Origin: the human T2T-CHM13v2.0 reference genome, Homo sapiens
Assembly: GCF_009914755.1 (NCBI RefSeq)
Contig: NC_060933.1
Length of the DNA stretch: 64,000 nucleotides
Reading direction: 5' to 3' (one strand)
Part shown: positions 16,263 to 33,777 of the stretch, piece by piece
How positions within the stretch are numbered: the stretch's first letter is position 1
Layout: each line of letters begins with the position of its first letter
The notes under the pieces: model-generated
Told to the model about the DNA's origin: nothing
Database searches by the model: none
Seen by the model: only the letters and a program-made list of their open reading frames with translations
Translations under genes and position numbers: made by a program

Positions 16263-17389
16263 TCATGTGAAATGGCCGGTTTATTTGGAGGGCAAATACA
16301 GTTTTTTTTAAACCTTTGTATCCTCCTATAAAACCTTTTCTTAAGTACTTTGTACATCCCAGATGCTCAATTCAACCAGAACTAAATGCATGGTCCAGTA
16401 GTGAGGCAGACCTGAAAAAAATCATTGAAATGCTAGGTGCTAACAATATGTGTAAGGAACAGAAGCAAGAGAGAAGAGAGGGAGGGAGATAGGAAAGAGA
16501 GGCAGAGGAGTTTCCATAGAAATTGTGGTGGCTGAACAGGGATTTGGAATTCAGGTAGGAAAGGAATAGAAAGTTGTGGACAGTCATTGGAAACATTGCA
16601 AAGACATAGATGTATGAAGTGGCAGCATAATAGGCAATGGGGTGGGTAGAAGTTTAATGCAATGAATGATTTCTTTTTCTAGGACACAGAAAAGAACACT
16701 TTCCCTGGCTCACCCTCAGTCTCTGAACAAGGGAGTCAGAAGTAAACCAGAACAGTGAATTCCCATCATAGTTACTCACTTGTTGGCACAGAGTGCAGCC
16801 AAATGGAAGCTTTGAAAGAATGATGATCAAAAATTCTCCATGCATTCAGATTGAACTAGCAAGAAAGGCCTTTATACAAACAAATTTTTTCTACTTTGTT
16901 TCTACTAGTCTCAGGAGTGGTATGATCCAGGTCAAATGGAAGTTCTGTGCTGCAAAATGGACAGCTCAGCAATGATAATACCCAAAGGCATCTGAGTCAG
17001 AGGCTCAGGGTGTGGCCAAAATTCCCAGATTAGGGGATGTTTTCTATTCAACCCCCTTCATGGGCATTGCACCGAATGCCATGTGGGACTCCGTTCTGCT
17101 CTTAGGCAACAGCAAAGACGGTTGCATCAGGAATAGAAATAATAAATGCTGGAAGATTAAAAGAAGAAAAAGCAGTGTAGATGTGAGTGGTATGAAAGTG
17201 CCAGGCTCCTACAGACAGAAAGATTTAGATAGAAGTAGGAGGAACTTCCAAGCTGAAATAGCCAGCTGAGCACATGTAGGTGAAAGACCATGTGGGTTTG
17301 CTCAGGGAGAGAGGAGACTAGCCCTGGAGTGGCTGTGCACAGTGGAGTGAAGGTTGGTGCTCAGAGAGAAGTACACTGGGAGGGCCTTT

Positions 17390-17623
<234 letters not shown>

Positions 17624-20392
17624 TAGGCAGCAAGATGGGGATGGCAGGACAAGGGCCACATTTTACAAAGGTTAACCTGGTGGTGGTGCTCAGGATTAAT
17701 GGAAGTGCTGAGCAACAGGAAGTAGCCAGGCCAGCCAGTAAATTGGGATAAGTGGTTATATTTCCTCATATTCTCTTTCATTTCCAAAACTAAAGGTACT
17801 GAGAATCTGACATCTTTCTCTAGTACATAGGTGAAGTTTTGAAATGCAGTGGAAGTTTTTCATTGAAAAATAGATAACAGAAATGAACTAGTGGCCATTA
17901 CATGACTGAGAGAAAAAGAGAGAAACAGTGCAAATTCAGGACACTGTGTTTTCTTTTGCAATTATTCTCTGGTATATATAGGAAATAGGAGGTAACAGGA
18001 AATAGGATGGAGCTAGAGAACGTTTCTTGTAGGTGAGACTTGAGGTGGATGTTGAAAGGATTCATGGACAGGAAACAGGAAGTCTTCCATGGTGGGTGGT
18101 ACCATGACAGGCTGTGGACATGGCAGGTGCCTCGATGTTCCTGGCAGGCAGCATCACATGGTCATCCACTAGAGCAGCCTCCAGGGCTCCTGATTTAGTT
18201 GTTTCAGTCATTAGTGACAACAAAAATGCTTTTAAAGCGTGCCTGGTTTTCCTCAGCTGTCCCTCCCTCCACCTTTCACACCTCTCTCTCAATTGTAAGT
18301 CCTTCCCTTTCTCCATAACACGTGTGCACATCTCAGGTGGACTCTGCTCCTCCTGCAGGTAAATTCCCTGCCCTTCAGCAAGGTGTGTGCAGCCCCTTGT
18401 GCTGCTCTTTGCTTGCCTTTCACCTTCACCGTGCCTGCTTGCAGCTCCCACAGTATCCCAAATTGTCTCATTTATTTGCATCTTTGTGCTGTTTTCTCTC
18501 CCTGGAGTGCCCTCCTTCCCCCTCTCTGGAGCTATAATCTGAAAGGTCATGAGTGAGGAGCCACCCCAAGAGAGATGACGGGAGAGCAGTGGGCCACCTG
18601 CTTCCACACAGAAGCAGGGTGCCCTCACAGCACTCCTGGCAGCCAGCCTGACCATCCACAGCATCAGGACTCCCAGCCAGGGGGAGCCCAGCACCCGAGG
18701 GGCCAGTACTGCAGTAGCTCTTAGAACTCAGCCCACCCAGGGAGTGCAGCCGGGGGTATCTGAGCCGGAGGACAGAAGCACTGCCGGCATGGGGCCGAGG
18801 CTCCTCGGGTGCTCGGACTGTGGAGAAAGGTGGGCTAAGAAAGGCAGGCAGACAGCCCGTTCACCCTGGCTTCCTGTCAACACTCTGGGAATCTAGAAGC
18901 ATTTGTGAGTGAGGGAGGAGAAGAGTACTCTGGAAGGCAGTTCCAGGGGTGTGTGAAAGCACGTTCACAATCAGGAGTGCATGTTTTATAACATCTCATT
19001 TTGATAACCCAACTAAAAGTGTGACTGACTTATAGTTCATATACAGCCTGTTAGTACAGTTGTTCTAAATTGCTGACACCCTTTGGTCTTCAGCAGTTAG
19101 AAACTGAATTTTCTAATGTCTTTCCCATTTGGCAGTCTGCATCAAAATTTGTGTTTATTAATGTTTTTCTGTGTGTCCTGAAATCCATCTGGAAATTGAG
19201 TATTTCCATAACTAATCCTCAGATTTGGCAATTCTCATTATTATTGTTCTTTTCTCAATACCAGAAGTGTTTTGTTCCTGTGAAGTTTTTTGGGAGCTAC
19301 AGGAAATAATTGAATTGTTTTATTCCTTTAAAGGCTTTGTTTAATAAATAACATAATAAATAAAAACATAATATGTTTCAAAGCAAGGAAACAGACAGTG
19401 TTGAGCACTGTACCTCAAGAGCTATGCTAGACTATTAGGAAGATAAAAAGAAAAGGTAGGCAGTCCTTGTCTCAAAAAAGTACACAGTACAATCAAAGGC
19501 ATTAGCTAGAATTCATGAAAAGTAAAATGTGATAAAGCCTCTTCTATACAGAGTCACAATATGACAACTTCAGCTGTCTAGCACAGTCCCGAAACAAGCA
19601 GAAGAGGGGCCATTTCCAGCAATGTCGAGTGCACAGAACATGGGGCACGCTCACTAAAGGCTGTCAGAAAGCTAGGCCATGGTGGGAGCCTTGCATCCAC
19701 ATGCCGTGGGGTGTGGAGTTAGCAGGACTTCAGTGACATATGAGTACAGAAGTTCCAGCCCAAGCCCTCTCAGGCAGAAAATTGCCAAAGTCAAAGTTAA
19801 TACCATGAAGAGCATGTGCTTTCTTTGTAGGACAGCATCTCAGCCGCATATGCAGTGCCCATTTATTCATATTCCATGCATAATTCCCATGTGCTTAGTT
19901 TTGTTTTTAGGTTCCAACACATGATAAATGAAAATAGCAAGGTGTATGGAGGCAGCAAGAGTTGTGGGTGGGGTCTGTTGACCATCAGAGTGATAAAGGA
20001 GATCCAATCAACAAACATGGCACTGGTTAGTCGCTACAAAGAACCGACAAAATTGTCGATCCATAACACAAAACACACGGCAGTGCAGGGAATATTTAGC
20101 GTAATTCTTCAGATATTTTGGATTTGTAGTAAATTTATTGCCTTGTGAATAATAAGAACCTGGAATCATTGAGAAACAATGTTATTCATGGGTAAGGTAC
20201 AAAGACAATAGGCAGTTTAAAATTCATTTTACGTTTTACCAGTCAATAGTTAAAAGAAGTTTTATCAACTCAAATGGTTAAGTGACCTAAAAATATTTAC
20301 TATTTATTCATTTGGCAATACAGTAAATAAAATTTCTACAGGACTATATAGGAAAGATTATAAGGAAGCATATCATTGAAAAACAAATATTA

Positions 20393-20548
<156 letters not shown>

Positions 20549-21579
20549 TCAAAGTTACTTTTTTATCTAGTCACAGCTGTGCAGTCACATTTCATATAAT
20601 GGTCGTGACTAAAAGTCTCACAAACCTATCCTTCCTTAGGCTTAGACAGTAATGTCCAGGCCACACAGCAAACCCCTTATTCCCCCTGCCAGGTTGATAT
20701 TGATCCTGGTAATAGCATTGATTCTCAGGGATTTTCAGCAGACTACATTTGATTATTTTGTAGCTTACTCACCACGTTTATATTGCAGCTTTAGAAAGTG
20801 AGAGAAAGCTGCCATAACTACTGGATTGGTCATTCTTGCTAGATCTTAGGTTTCCACCTTTACAGCAATAGACAGAAATTTTATGAAATCATGCAGTAAT
20901 CTGAAGCTGTCATGGATGCTAACAATTAAGATAGCAATCAATCCTTTAAACATACTTGTAAACCTCAGTTTTTTATCTACTCCAGAAAGGTCATAAAATA
21001 ACACTAATTACTGTGGAAATTTTTCAAAACCAAGGACTACAGATATCACAAGCCATTCCAATATGGCATCCAGTTGACTGTCTGGAAAAGTGTCTTTTTC
21101 ACATTTGTAGTTGTGTGTTCATTGGTCAAACCTAGCCTGTACCCCCACAAGTGGGGACCTGTGGTTGGGTAGGTTTTAGTAAAGTCCCATGGAATGATTC
21201 ACTTCTCCAGTGATCATATTCAAATTTCAACAGTTTCGGAATGGGACAGAGAATTCCAAAGCAAGAAAAGGAGGTAATCTCTTACAAATTTTTCTCTTGG
21301 ACAAATAGGAAAAGGACCCCCTAATGCTAGCCATTTTCTAGAAGAAGGATGGATAGCATGAAGTAGATCTAGGGTGTGAATGTAGAACCCTTTTATCTGC
21401 CAGACTCCAGATAAGAAACAGGAAATGAGAATAGAAGAGACCAGTGATTTGTCTGAAGAGTGGGTGGAAGACCCAGAAGACTGCCCAAGGGAGTAACAGT
21501 TTCACTTAGTGGAATATAGTGTGCTTTATTTTTGGCTTTTCAAACATACACATTTATGAGTTTTTGTTTACAAACATAA

Positions 21580-21923
<344 letters not shown>

Positions 21924-22407
21924 TGTTTTTTTTTTTTTTTAAATATATAATTAGTCCAATCTGTATCTTTCAAAGGTTTACTCTGTGCTGTTTCCTGTTC
22001 TCTCTCTTTCCCTCTTCTTCCCCAAGCTATCCCTAATTTTTATATGAGCCTATTTGTTTTTCCAGAACCCCCTTCTGCCAAAGTATCCTCCATCAGGTTT
22101 TGTTGATTGCACACACAAAAAAAGGAAGCAGTGTCTTGCTGGCCTGAAAAATGTTAACAGAGGTTCCAGATAGGCTCAATTTGTTTCCAGAAAATACTTC
22201 AGATGCTAAAAGACCAGATTTTAGCATGTTTTCAGTTACTTGGGAAGAAACTACTCCATAAATTAAAATCATTACTTTTGTCACTGATGCTATTGTTGGT
22301 GTCCTTACAGCAAAGCTAAAAGTATGTAAAATAGTAAACTATATTCAAGGGAAAACTTGAATTCAAATTAGGGACATCAGAGAGGAAACTTTCTTAGAAG
22401 AAGACTA

Positions 22408-22641
<234 letters not shown>

Positions 22642-24623
22642 TTATGTTTTAGGCATGTGTGCATATACATACATGTACACACATGTATGGGCATGTGTGC
22701 ATAGATATCAAGAGAGAGCTTTGTCTGGAGGAGAAAGCAATACTCAGAACAAGGACAGAATATATATTATATAACCAAAGCATGTTCAGAAAAGTAACAA
22801 GCTGGAAATAGATGGTTTAACATAGTTGACATTTTCTCTCTAAGGATTCATCAAGCTGTAAATATATCATGGTTTAGATGAAGGTGCTTAACACAGCCAG
22901 AATGTGGTCTGCTGGAGAGTACTGGTAACATTGTACATTTACAACAAAGGTGTGGAAGGTTACACAGAAACTGATTTTTATTCTTCATATTTTCCCATAG
23001 CCATTTTCCTGGACTAGAAACATGCCTCTGTTTTTGTCCATGAATGCTCATGCCAATCACTCACCTCCTCTGAGCCTGTCTCCATCTCTGCATAAGAAGC
23101 TTGGGGAGATCATCTCCCAGACTCTCTCAGATCTAATGTTATGCCTCTACGGCTTCAATCTACAAAGGTTCCTGTATGCTTTAATTTTATAGGTTTTTGT
23201 TTTAACATTTAGTTAAGTTCAGTAGTCAATTTTTAAACCCGGAAAGTGAGCATACCAGTAGTACATACCATAAAAGCCACGTGGTGACCTTCTTATAAAA
23301 CCATAACAGTGTAGCTCAGCATGGGTCATTTATCTTTTCCAAGGCTTTAGACTTTCACAAATGGGGTTTTCTTAGGGCAGAGCATACCTGGTGTATAGGC
23401 CACAGGAGGAAGGGACTTTCCTGAGCATGAGAGGAGTTCCTTAGGTGATCATATGAAAGTAGGATGAAATCCTTTGTCAGAGAGGCCATGGAAGCTTCTA
23501 TTATGTTTGACACTGGCAGTGTGCTGTCACAGATGGCCATCTCTGCACAAATGTGTTGACCTTTTCAGCTTCCCTCACCCCAGCATCTCCAGGGACACCC
23601 GTGGCATGGGGGCCTCATTACCCAGACGAATGCTCCTGCTGCTCCCAGCACCCAAAGTGTCCCCACCAGCCAGCCTCTCACACCTGGTCCTGCTGTTGTT
23701 CCACTCAGAGCCCTCCCTGGTGGTCCTATGGAAACATGGGCAGAAGGTCTAGATGACCACATTCCCTCTAGAATGTCAAAAAGGAAGGGAAAAAACAACT
23801 GACAGTACCAAGTGCGGGCAGGCTGCAGAGAGGCAGGAGCTCCCCAGCATGCAGGTGGGAAAGGAACAGCCACTTTAGAGAACTGTGGGGCATTTTCTTA
23901 TAAACTTAAACATGTATTTACCATATCCGCAGTCCCACTCCTGGGCATTGCCCTAGAGAAATGAACACTTAGGTCCACACAAACATCTGTACGTGGATAT
24001 TTATAGCAACTTTATACATAATCACCCCAAACTGGAAACAACTCAGATGACGTTTAACTGATAGGAAACCCTGCCCCATCCACATGATGGAACACTACTT
24101 GGCAGAAGAGAGGAATGAACTACTGATACACAAAACAAAATGGGTGGCTTTCAAAAACATTAGAAGCCAGTCTGAAAGGGCTATGTATTGTATGATTCCA
24201 CTTATGTGACACTCTGGAAAAGGCAAAACTGTAGAGACAGAAAACAGATCAGTGTTCTGTGGTGGCCAGTGACTGGTGGAGGGGGAAACAAGGAATTTTG
24301 GGGAGTGATAGAATGTCCTATATCTTAATTTTGGTGGTGGTTACATGACTATGTGCATTTGTCAAAACTCAGAACTATATACTAAAAATAAGTTTTACTA
24401 CATATAAATTATACCTCATTAAAGCTGATTTTTAAGAAACATCAGTAGGAAATCATCATTTGATTTGGAGGAGTTTGCTTTATACCTAACTGCTATTCTG
24501 CAGTAAACAGCTATCTCTTCTGCAAAGTTTATATATTTGAAGATTATGAAATTAGTCTATTCAGGATCAATTTTTAGGATGAAATTAAAATACAGTCTTC
24601 ACAGAGCAATGAGAATCGTTCAC

Positions 24624-25072
24624 TTTTTTTTTTTTTTTTTTTAAGAGACAGGATCTCGCTCTGTTGCCTAGACTAGTCTGAAACTACTGGGCTGAAGCCA
24701 TTCCCCCACCTCAGCCTCCTGAGTAGCTGGGACTACAAGTGTATACAACTGCATGTGGCTTAGAGTCATTTACTTTTTTTTTTTTTTTTTTGAGATGGAG
24801 TCTCGCTCAAGTGCCCAGGCTAGAGAACAGTGGCTCAATCTCAGCTCACTGCAACCTCCGCCTCCTGGATTCAAACGATTCTCCTGCCTCGGCCTTCTGA
24901 GTAGCTGGGATTACAGGCATGCCCCACCACGCCCGGCTAATTTTTGTATTTTTGGTAGAGATGGGGTTTCACCATATTGTCCAGGCTGGTCTCAAACCCC
25001 TGACCTCAGGTGATCTGGCCACCTCAGCCTTTCAAAGTGCTGAGATTATAGGCGTGAGCCACCGTGCCCAGC
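24624..25072 (-). mobile_element. Alu monomer followed by a full Alu
   Basis: Two poly-T heads; TSD agagtcatttactttt flanks the full Alu. Confidence 0.9.
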
Positions 25073-25118
25073 TGCTAAGAGTCATTTACTTTTAAAGCAC
25101 AAAATAAAGCAGAAGTCA

Positions 25119-25790
<672 letters not shown>

Positions 25791-26538
25791 TTATTCCCTC
25801 CAAGTATTTGAGTGCAATTTAAAGATGAAATGCACCTTGAAATTCTTGCTTAAAAAGTTTTAATAGTCACTTTATTTCTATTTTGTAATATCTGTTACAT
25901 TTTATTCACCTGTGGGCCTTAATACTAATTTTTATATTAAATAACTTAATGCTTATTTTTGCTAACATATCATGATACCTGGTGACTAAGGAGGGAATAA
26001 TATTGCCACATGAGGCAAAATGGTAAGCAATCCTGTTGTGAGATTGTGTTATAATCAGTTGTGATACCTTTATAATAGATACTGTTCTGTTCACTGGGGC
26101 TATTGCTAATGTGAGAATTTGCAGACTGTTTACCAGACATTAGAAAAGTGAAACAGGTGTATATTTTACTTGCTTATAGCAGTGAAACCAACTTTTGCTT
26201 ATAGATTTGTCATTATTTTTGTCCATGGCATCATAACATCATCCTCTGAAATTCAGAATTATAGAGAGAGAGTTTTCCTCCTTCTCTGTCCCAGACTCTA
26301 TACTTAAATCATCTTTACTACCTGAGACTTACAAATGACATTCTGGACTTAAGTGATGTTGCTTTAACTTAGACATATGCCCAGGAGTGCTGTTTATCCT
26401 TCCATGATGGTGGGAGTAGAATAGATGATAGTAGACAGTTAATCTACATTTATATTTAGCTGTTAAGTCTTTGGCAGAAAGTGGGGAAGACATGACAAAG
26501 ACTAGATTCAAATTCACTCTCTGGGTAAACAGTTCTAG

Positions 26539-26861
<323 letters not shown>

Positions 26862-28174
26862 AGAGTGCATACGTTTTCTTCCATCAAGATTTAAAAATTT
26901 ACTTAATCATCTGCCTACTTTTATTTAACACTATATATAAACTACTCCCAAAAAGAACTCAGGAAATATAATTATTTGGAGAAATTACTTGAGATATCAA
27001 TTCAGTATGTATTATAAAGTCTGTGAATTATTTTTTCACATCTCTAGCAAAACATGCAGAAGAATAGGAAAAAGTTAGTAAAAGGAAACTAAAGCTATCA
27101 TATTGAAACATTTAAAATCCTTCCTGTATATCCAAGTTTATTTTTCCAAAATAACTACATTTCAAGAATACTCCAAGTCTTCTGAAAAAATTTCTGAGAA
27201 TTTGTGACTCTTACTTTGTAAACCTTGTATTTATTTCACTCCAAGGAATCCATTTCATTGAACACTTTTTTCCTAACTCTTTTTAAATATTAGTGAAATA
27301 TTTGGTAGTATAACGCAAAACACAATTTCTAAATAGTCAAAAGTTTTTCCTGGCAAGGAGACTTTTGTAGACACCTACCCTGTGATCATCTGTGTGCATG
27401 GGAGCAATCTACCTTGGTTATAGACAAGAGAAGATGTCCCTATCCCTTCCCAGCCAATTATTTAACAAGTATTTATTTGCTTATTTTCATAAGGTGTTGG
27501 TTAGGCTTTTCTCAGAGGAGACTGGGCCTCCCTCCCAAGGGTCCTTCATTCAGTCAGGTATGAGCCTCATTGGAGAAGGGGTCCATGAGCAGCCAACAAA
27601 ACCCGCGCTGTGATCTCCTGCACACAGAAGTGCCACATGAGAAAATCATGCTTCAGGCTACACTTTTTCTGCATTTTCCTGGGATTATCCAAGCAGTGAT
27701 GTGGGTTCCTGTGCTGCCTTTGAGTGGTTGGGTATAGCCAGAGGGTTGGGGCTTTGTTCTCTTTAGATGCAAATCACTCTTCCTTTGTTTACCCTGGCTT
27801 CAAGGTGATAAAGGCACGTTGCACTGGATTAAGTGGGATAATGCACATATAGACCAAAGCAGAGCCCTTAATGCAATAAGAATTCAGGATCTGTTGTAGA
27901 AATTCTGTTACCATATCTCTAAAGCTGAGAGTCAAATGTGGAATGTAATCTCATCCAAGTTTACTGAATCTGATAGAGCTAGAACTATAAAGCCACAGTC
28001 TATTATTTATATCCCCTACCATACATTTTCCCAGATATTTTCTATGTTAATCAGCATTTTGCCAATATTTTAAGTACTCAGATCTGACTAATGTATCATA
28101 ATTTTAATCTAAAATTAGTAACAAAAACAAATGGAAGTTAAAGATTAATCACACACTGATATTTTGCTTAGCTA

Positions 28175-28486
<312 letters not shown>

Positions 28487-29114
28487 CTATGTGCATTCAT
28501 GTATAGGGTAAAGATGTCGTATAGACATAAGAAATGCTGAAATGCTTTTCACAGGCTCTCCTCTCAGCCCTTTCACGTAGGCTCTAAGAGTGAACTCCTC
28601 ATGGTAACTTGGGGCTGAACTGCGCTTCCATTTTGTATCCATCAGGATAGATTAAATTATACAACATCAACAAACAATCCCCAAATCTCAGTTATTTTTC
28701 ATTTATACTTTGTGTCTAATGTGGGGACACAGGGGCTCAGCTCATCATATTCACTCAGGATTCATCTATAAGCAGGCTGTCCTGATCACTGCGGTAGTGG
28801 AAATGTGAGGTTACAAATCACACATGAGCTCTTAAAGTGTCTAATTATACTGACCAAAGCAAATCGTATGGCCACACCAGACTTCCCAAGCCGCCAGCCA
28901 ATCCAGTTCCCTCATGTGACCAGAGAGCTGAGCTAGCACTAATGATGAGCTCACAGCCCACCCTTGATATGCACATGGGAATAGGTGAAACCAGACAGCA
29001 TGCTTCCGTGGTGCTTCTCAATGAGACACTGAGCTATGTCTTTTATGGTTTATTATGCTATTGAAATATGATTCACATACTATAATATTCACCCTTTTGA
29101 AGTGTATAATACTG

Positions 29115-29409
<295 letters not shown>

Positions 29410-29759
29410 GTTCATGATGCAGTGCATATATTCATTTCCCTACATACAAGATTGTAGATATGTGGATAAGTGTATCAGCTAAGCAGGCCATTAGAAAGCT
29501 GAGGAGAATATTAGAGGGGATGTTTTTCTTCCAACCCTGGTGTCATTCCAGATAACTTTCCTCCATCTGAGCCACTGTCCCCAAGTTCCACCCCCAAATG
29601 AGCCTCTCACATTAGTCCCCTCCTTTCCCCGACCACTAACTCAGCCCAATTCAGGCCCTACCCATCTCTCATTCGAATACTTGCAATAGGCTAATCCCAC
29701 CTACCCAATTCCTCCTCTGAACAAAAATACACATATGAGTTTCTTCCAGGTTATCAAAA

Positions 29760-31630
29760 GCACTACACTCTATCAAAATTTCCATGGCCTTTTTTTGCAG
29801 AAATGGAAAAGCTGATCCTTAAATTCAAATGGAAAAGTTGATCCCACATAACCAAAGCAATCTTGAGAAAAAAGAACAAAGTTGGAGATCTCACACTTTC
29901 AGATTTCAAAAAGCTCACTATAAAGATATGATAATCAGCTTTTGTCAGTGTGATACTAGTATAAGCATAGACGTATAGGCCAATGGAACACTGAAAGTCA
30001 GACATACATTTATGAACAATTGATTTTCAAGAAGGGTGTCAAGACCATTCAGTGGAGGAAAGAACAATCTTCAACAACTAGTGCTGGGACAACACCAGCA
30101 AGAGAATGAAGCTGAATCCCTACCTTTCACCAAATACAAACATTAGCTCAAAATGGATCAAAGACCTAATATATCTTATATTTAGACCTTTGCTGTAAAT
30201 ATAAGAGCTAAGACTACAACACTCTTAGAAAAATCCATAGGGGAAAATCTTTATGACCTCATATTTGGCAGTGGATTCTTAGATGTGACACCTAAAGTAA
30301 AAGATAAATTAGACTTTATCAAAATTAAAAATTTGTTGCATCAAAGGACATTGTTAAGAAAGTGAAAGGATGGTGTACACAATGGGAGAGAATATGTGAA
30401 ATCATATATCTGATAAGGTCCTGATATCCAGAATATTCATAAAGAACTCTTACAACTCAACTACAGAAAGGCAATGCAATAAAAAAATGGGCAAAACTTG
30501 CCCAATACAGTGGCTCTCGCTTGTAATTCCAGCACTTTGGGAGGCCAAGGAGGGAAGATTTCTTGAGGCCAGGAATTTGAGAACGGCTTGGACAACATAA
30601 TGGGATGCTGTCTCTACAGAAAAAGTTAAAAAGTTAGCCAGGTGTGGTGGTGCATTCTTGTAGTCCCAGCTACTTGGGAGGCTGAGGCAGAGGATCACTG
30701 AAGCCCAGGAGTTCAAGACTGCAGTGAGCTATGATTGTACCACCGTATTCCAGCCTGGACAGCAGAGCAAGACCCCATCTCTTAAAAAAAGAAAGAAATA
30801 GGCATAGGGGTTGAATAGATATTTCTCCAAGGAAGATATGCAGATAGACAACATGCACATAAAAAGATGCTTAACATCATTAGTTGTTAGGGAAATGCAA
30901 ATCAAAAGCACAATGAGATACCACTTCATACAAGAACAGCTATAATTAAAAATAAATAACAATTGTTGGCAGGAATGTAGAGAAACTGGAGTCCTCTTCC
31001 ATTGCTGGTGGGCATATAACAGCATAGCCACTTTGGAAAACATTTGGCAGTTCATCAATAAATTAAATATAGAATTACCAAATGGCCCAACAGTTCCCCT
31101 CCTAAGTATATACCCAAAAGAATTGAAAATAGGTGTTGAAAGAAAACTTATATTAATGTTCATAGCTGTGTTATTCATGATAGCCAAAAGGTGGAAACAG
31201 CCCAGATGTTCATCAACTGGTAGACAATATGGATAAACAAATATGGTATAGCCATACAATGGAATATTATTCAGCCATAAAAAGGAATGAAGTTCTGATA
31301 CAGGCTAATAATAGATGAACTTTAAAAACATTATACTAAGTAAAGAAGTCAAATACACAAGGCCACATATTATGTGATTCCATTTACATGAAATTTCCAG
31401 AATAGGCAAATTCATAGAGACAGAACAGATTAGTGGTTGCCAAGGGCTGGGAGTGGGGAGAAATGGGGAGTTTAGGTACAGAGTTTCCTTTTGGTGGGAC
31501 GAAAATGTGCAGAAACAAGATAGTGGTGATGGTTGCACAATACTGTGAATGTACTAAATGCTATTGAATTGTACACTTTAAAATGGATGAAATGGTAAAT
31601 TTTGTGTTATGTGTGGTGATACAATCAAAA
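29760..31630 (+). mobile_element. Old L1 (L1M) ORF2 end and 3' UTR, interrupted by an Alu at about 30500-30798
   Basis: aagaacaaagttggag..., atggaatattattcagccataaaaaggaatga..., gtacactttaaaatgg. Confidence 0.85.
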
Positions 31631-32529
31631 AGTACTGTAAGATCACTGGAAAATATTTTCGGACAACTTGGAAATACTTAGTATATATCTTCTGTACTTT
31701 TATGCATACCACCCTTTAGTACATATAAAAACTTTTTTTTAAACAAGTTTGAGATCACATTATGAATACTTCTTTTTCAGCCTTTTTGTTTTCCATTATT
31801 ATAGCTTAGCCATCTTTCCACTTAACTAAAAAAATTGACCTCATCTTTCTTTAGCAGTTATGAGTACATTATTATTACAATGTTTTTAAGTTGATTTCTC
31901 TTCCTTTCTTTTCCCAATCATGTTGTAAGTGTGGCCTAAATTGCCTATTTTCAGGATAATTGTATATTATTTCTGTTAAATACATGGAAATAATTAACGA
32001 AGAAGCATTTAGCTGTATTGAGACAATATATGAAATACTGGCCACAGAACATTATATGGTGATATTTTCTGTTATTCTTTTGAAAGTTTTATTTAGTGGT
32101 AACGTGTCTATAATATACTTTTTCCTTCCAAATTTGGAAAAATGTAAACCATTTAATACGTTTTTAAAAATGCCTAATTGAAATCTTTAGCAGAATTTTT
32201 AGTCTTTTAAATCTTTAAAAAGTCAGTGGTTTAACCTATATAAAATCAATTCAGTGGCTTTAATTCTATTTGTGGTTGAAAATTTTTGGTTGAAAATATG
32301 TAATAGCCATATGTTCACAGAATCATCTGAATAATTTATTTCTGTATTCTAGATGATCTATTGTTATAAATGGAAAGGTAGTTTATAAATGTTTATGTAT
32401 ATTATCTATGTTAGGATTACAACTATTTGAAATATATGCATAGTAAACATACTGGAAAGAAACCAAAATGATAACTATGATTTTGTAAATATAGTGGTAG
32501 GATAAGTAATTTTTGTCTAATAATTATAA

Positions 32530-32884
<355 letters not shown>

Positions 32885-33059
32885 CTATTTTTTAAATTAT
32901 TTTAAAATGTATGTTTGTAGATTAAACCAAAAAGTAATATAATAACCTGGATTTTTCTTTAGAAAATTATCTTCATGGAGATGTTCTCCCTCTCTCCCTC
33001 TCTCCTTCTCTTTCCCCATACCATCTCTCACCCTCCTCCCTCTTTCTGTCTCTCTCTCA

Positions 33060-33392
<333 letters not shown>

Positions 33393-33777
33393 CTAGAATG
33401 AAACAATATTTCAAAGTTAGTGGTGACTAAATTTTTACCTCTGAAAATTGGCTTATATATTTGCTTGTATGCCTCAGTAGGCAAGTCTTTGAGAAATTAC
33501 ACTTATGATATATGGACTATATGCTATAGTATTATTGCCAAATCATAATTTGGAATTCTTCTATCAGAATCAAAAAACTTTTTTTTTTTTTTAAATAGAG
33601 ATGGGGTCTTGCTCCATCGCCCAGGCTGGAGTGCAGTGGTTCAGTCATGACTCACTGCAGCCTTGAACTCCTGGGCTCAAGCAGTCCTCCTGCATTGGCC
33701 TCCCAAAGTGCTGGGATTACAGCATGAGTCACCATGCCTGTTCAGAACTTTTTTGTATCTTACCTTTATCTTTAGAC

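Noticed and set aside
18062-18694. 210-aa minus-strand ORF in ECM2 intron 6
   Set aside because: Non-ATG start, no recognisable domain, and the ECM2 frame is complete without it. Likely a chance ORF in a GC-richer block.
30729-31259. 176-aa ORF and the overlapping 67-aa ORF
   Set aside because: Decayed L1 ORF2 C-terminal region and its antisense, joined to an Alu.
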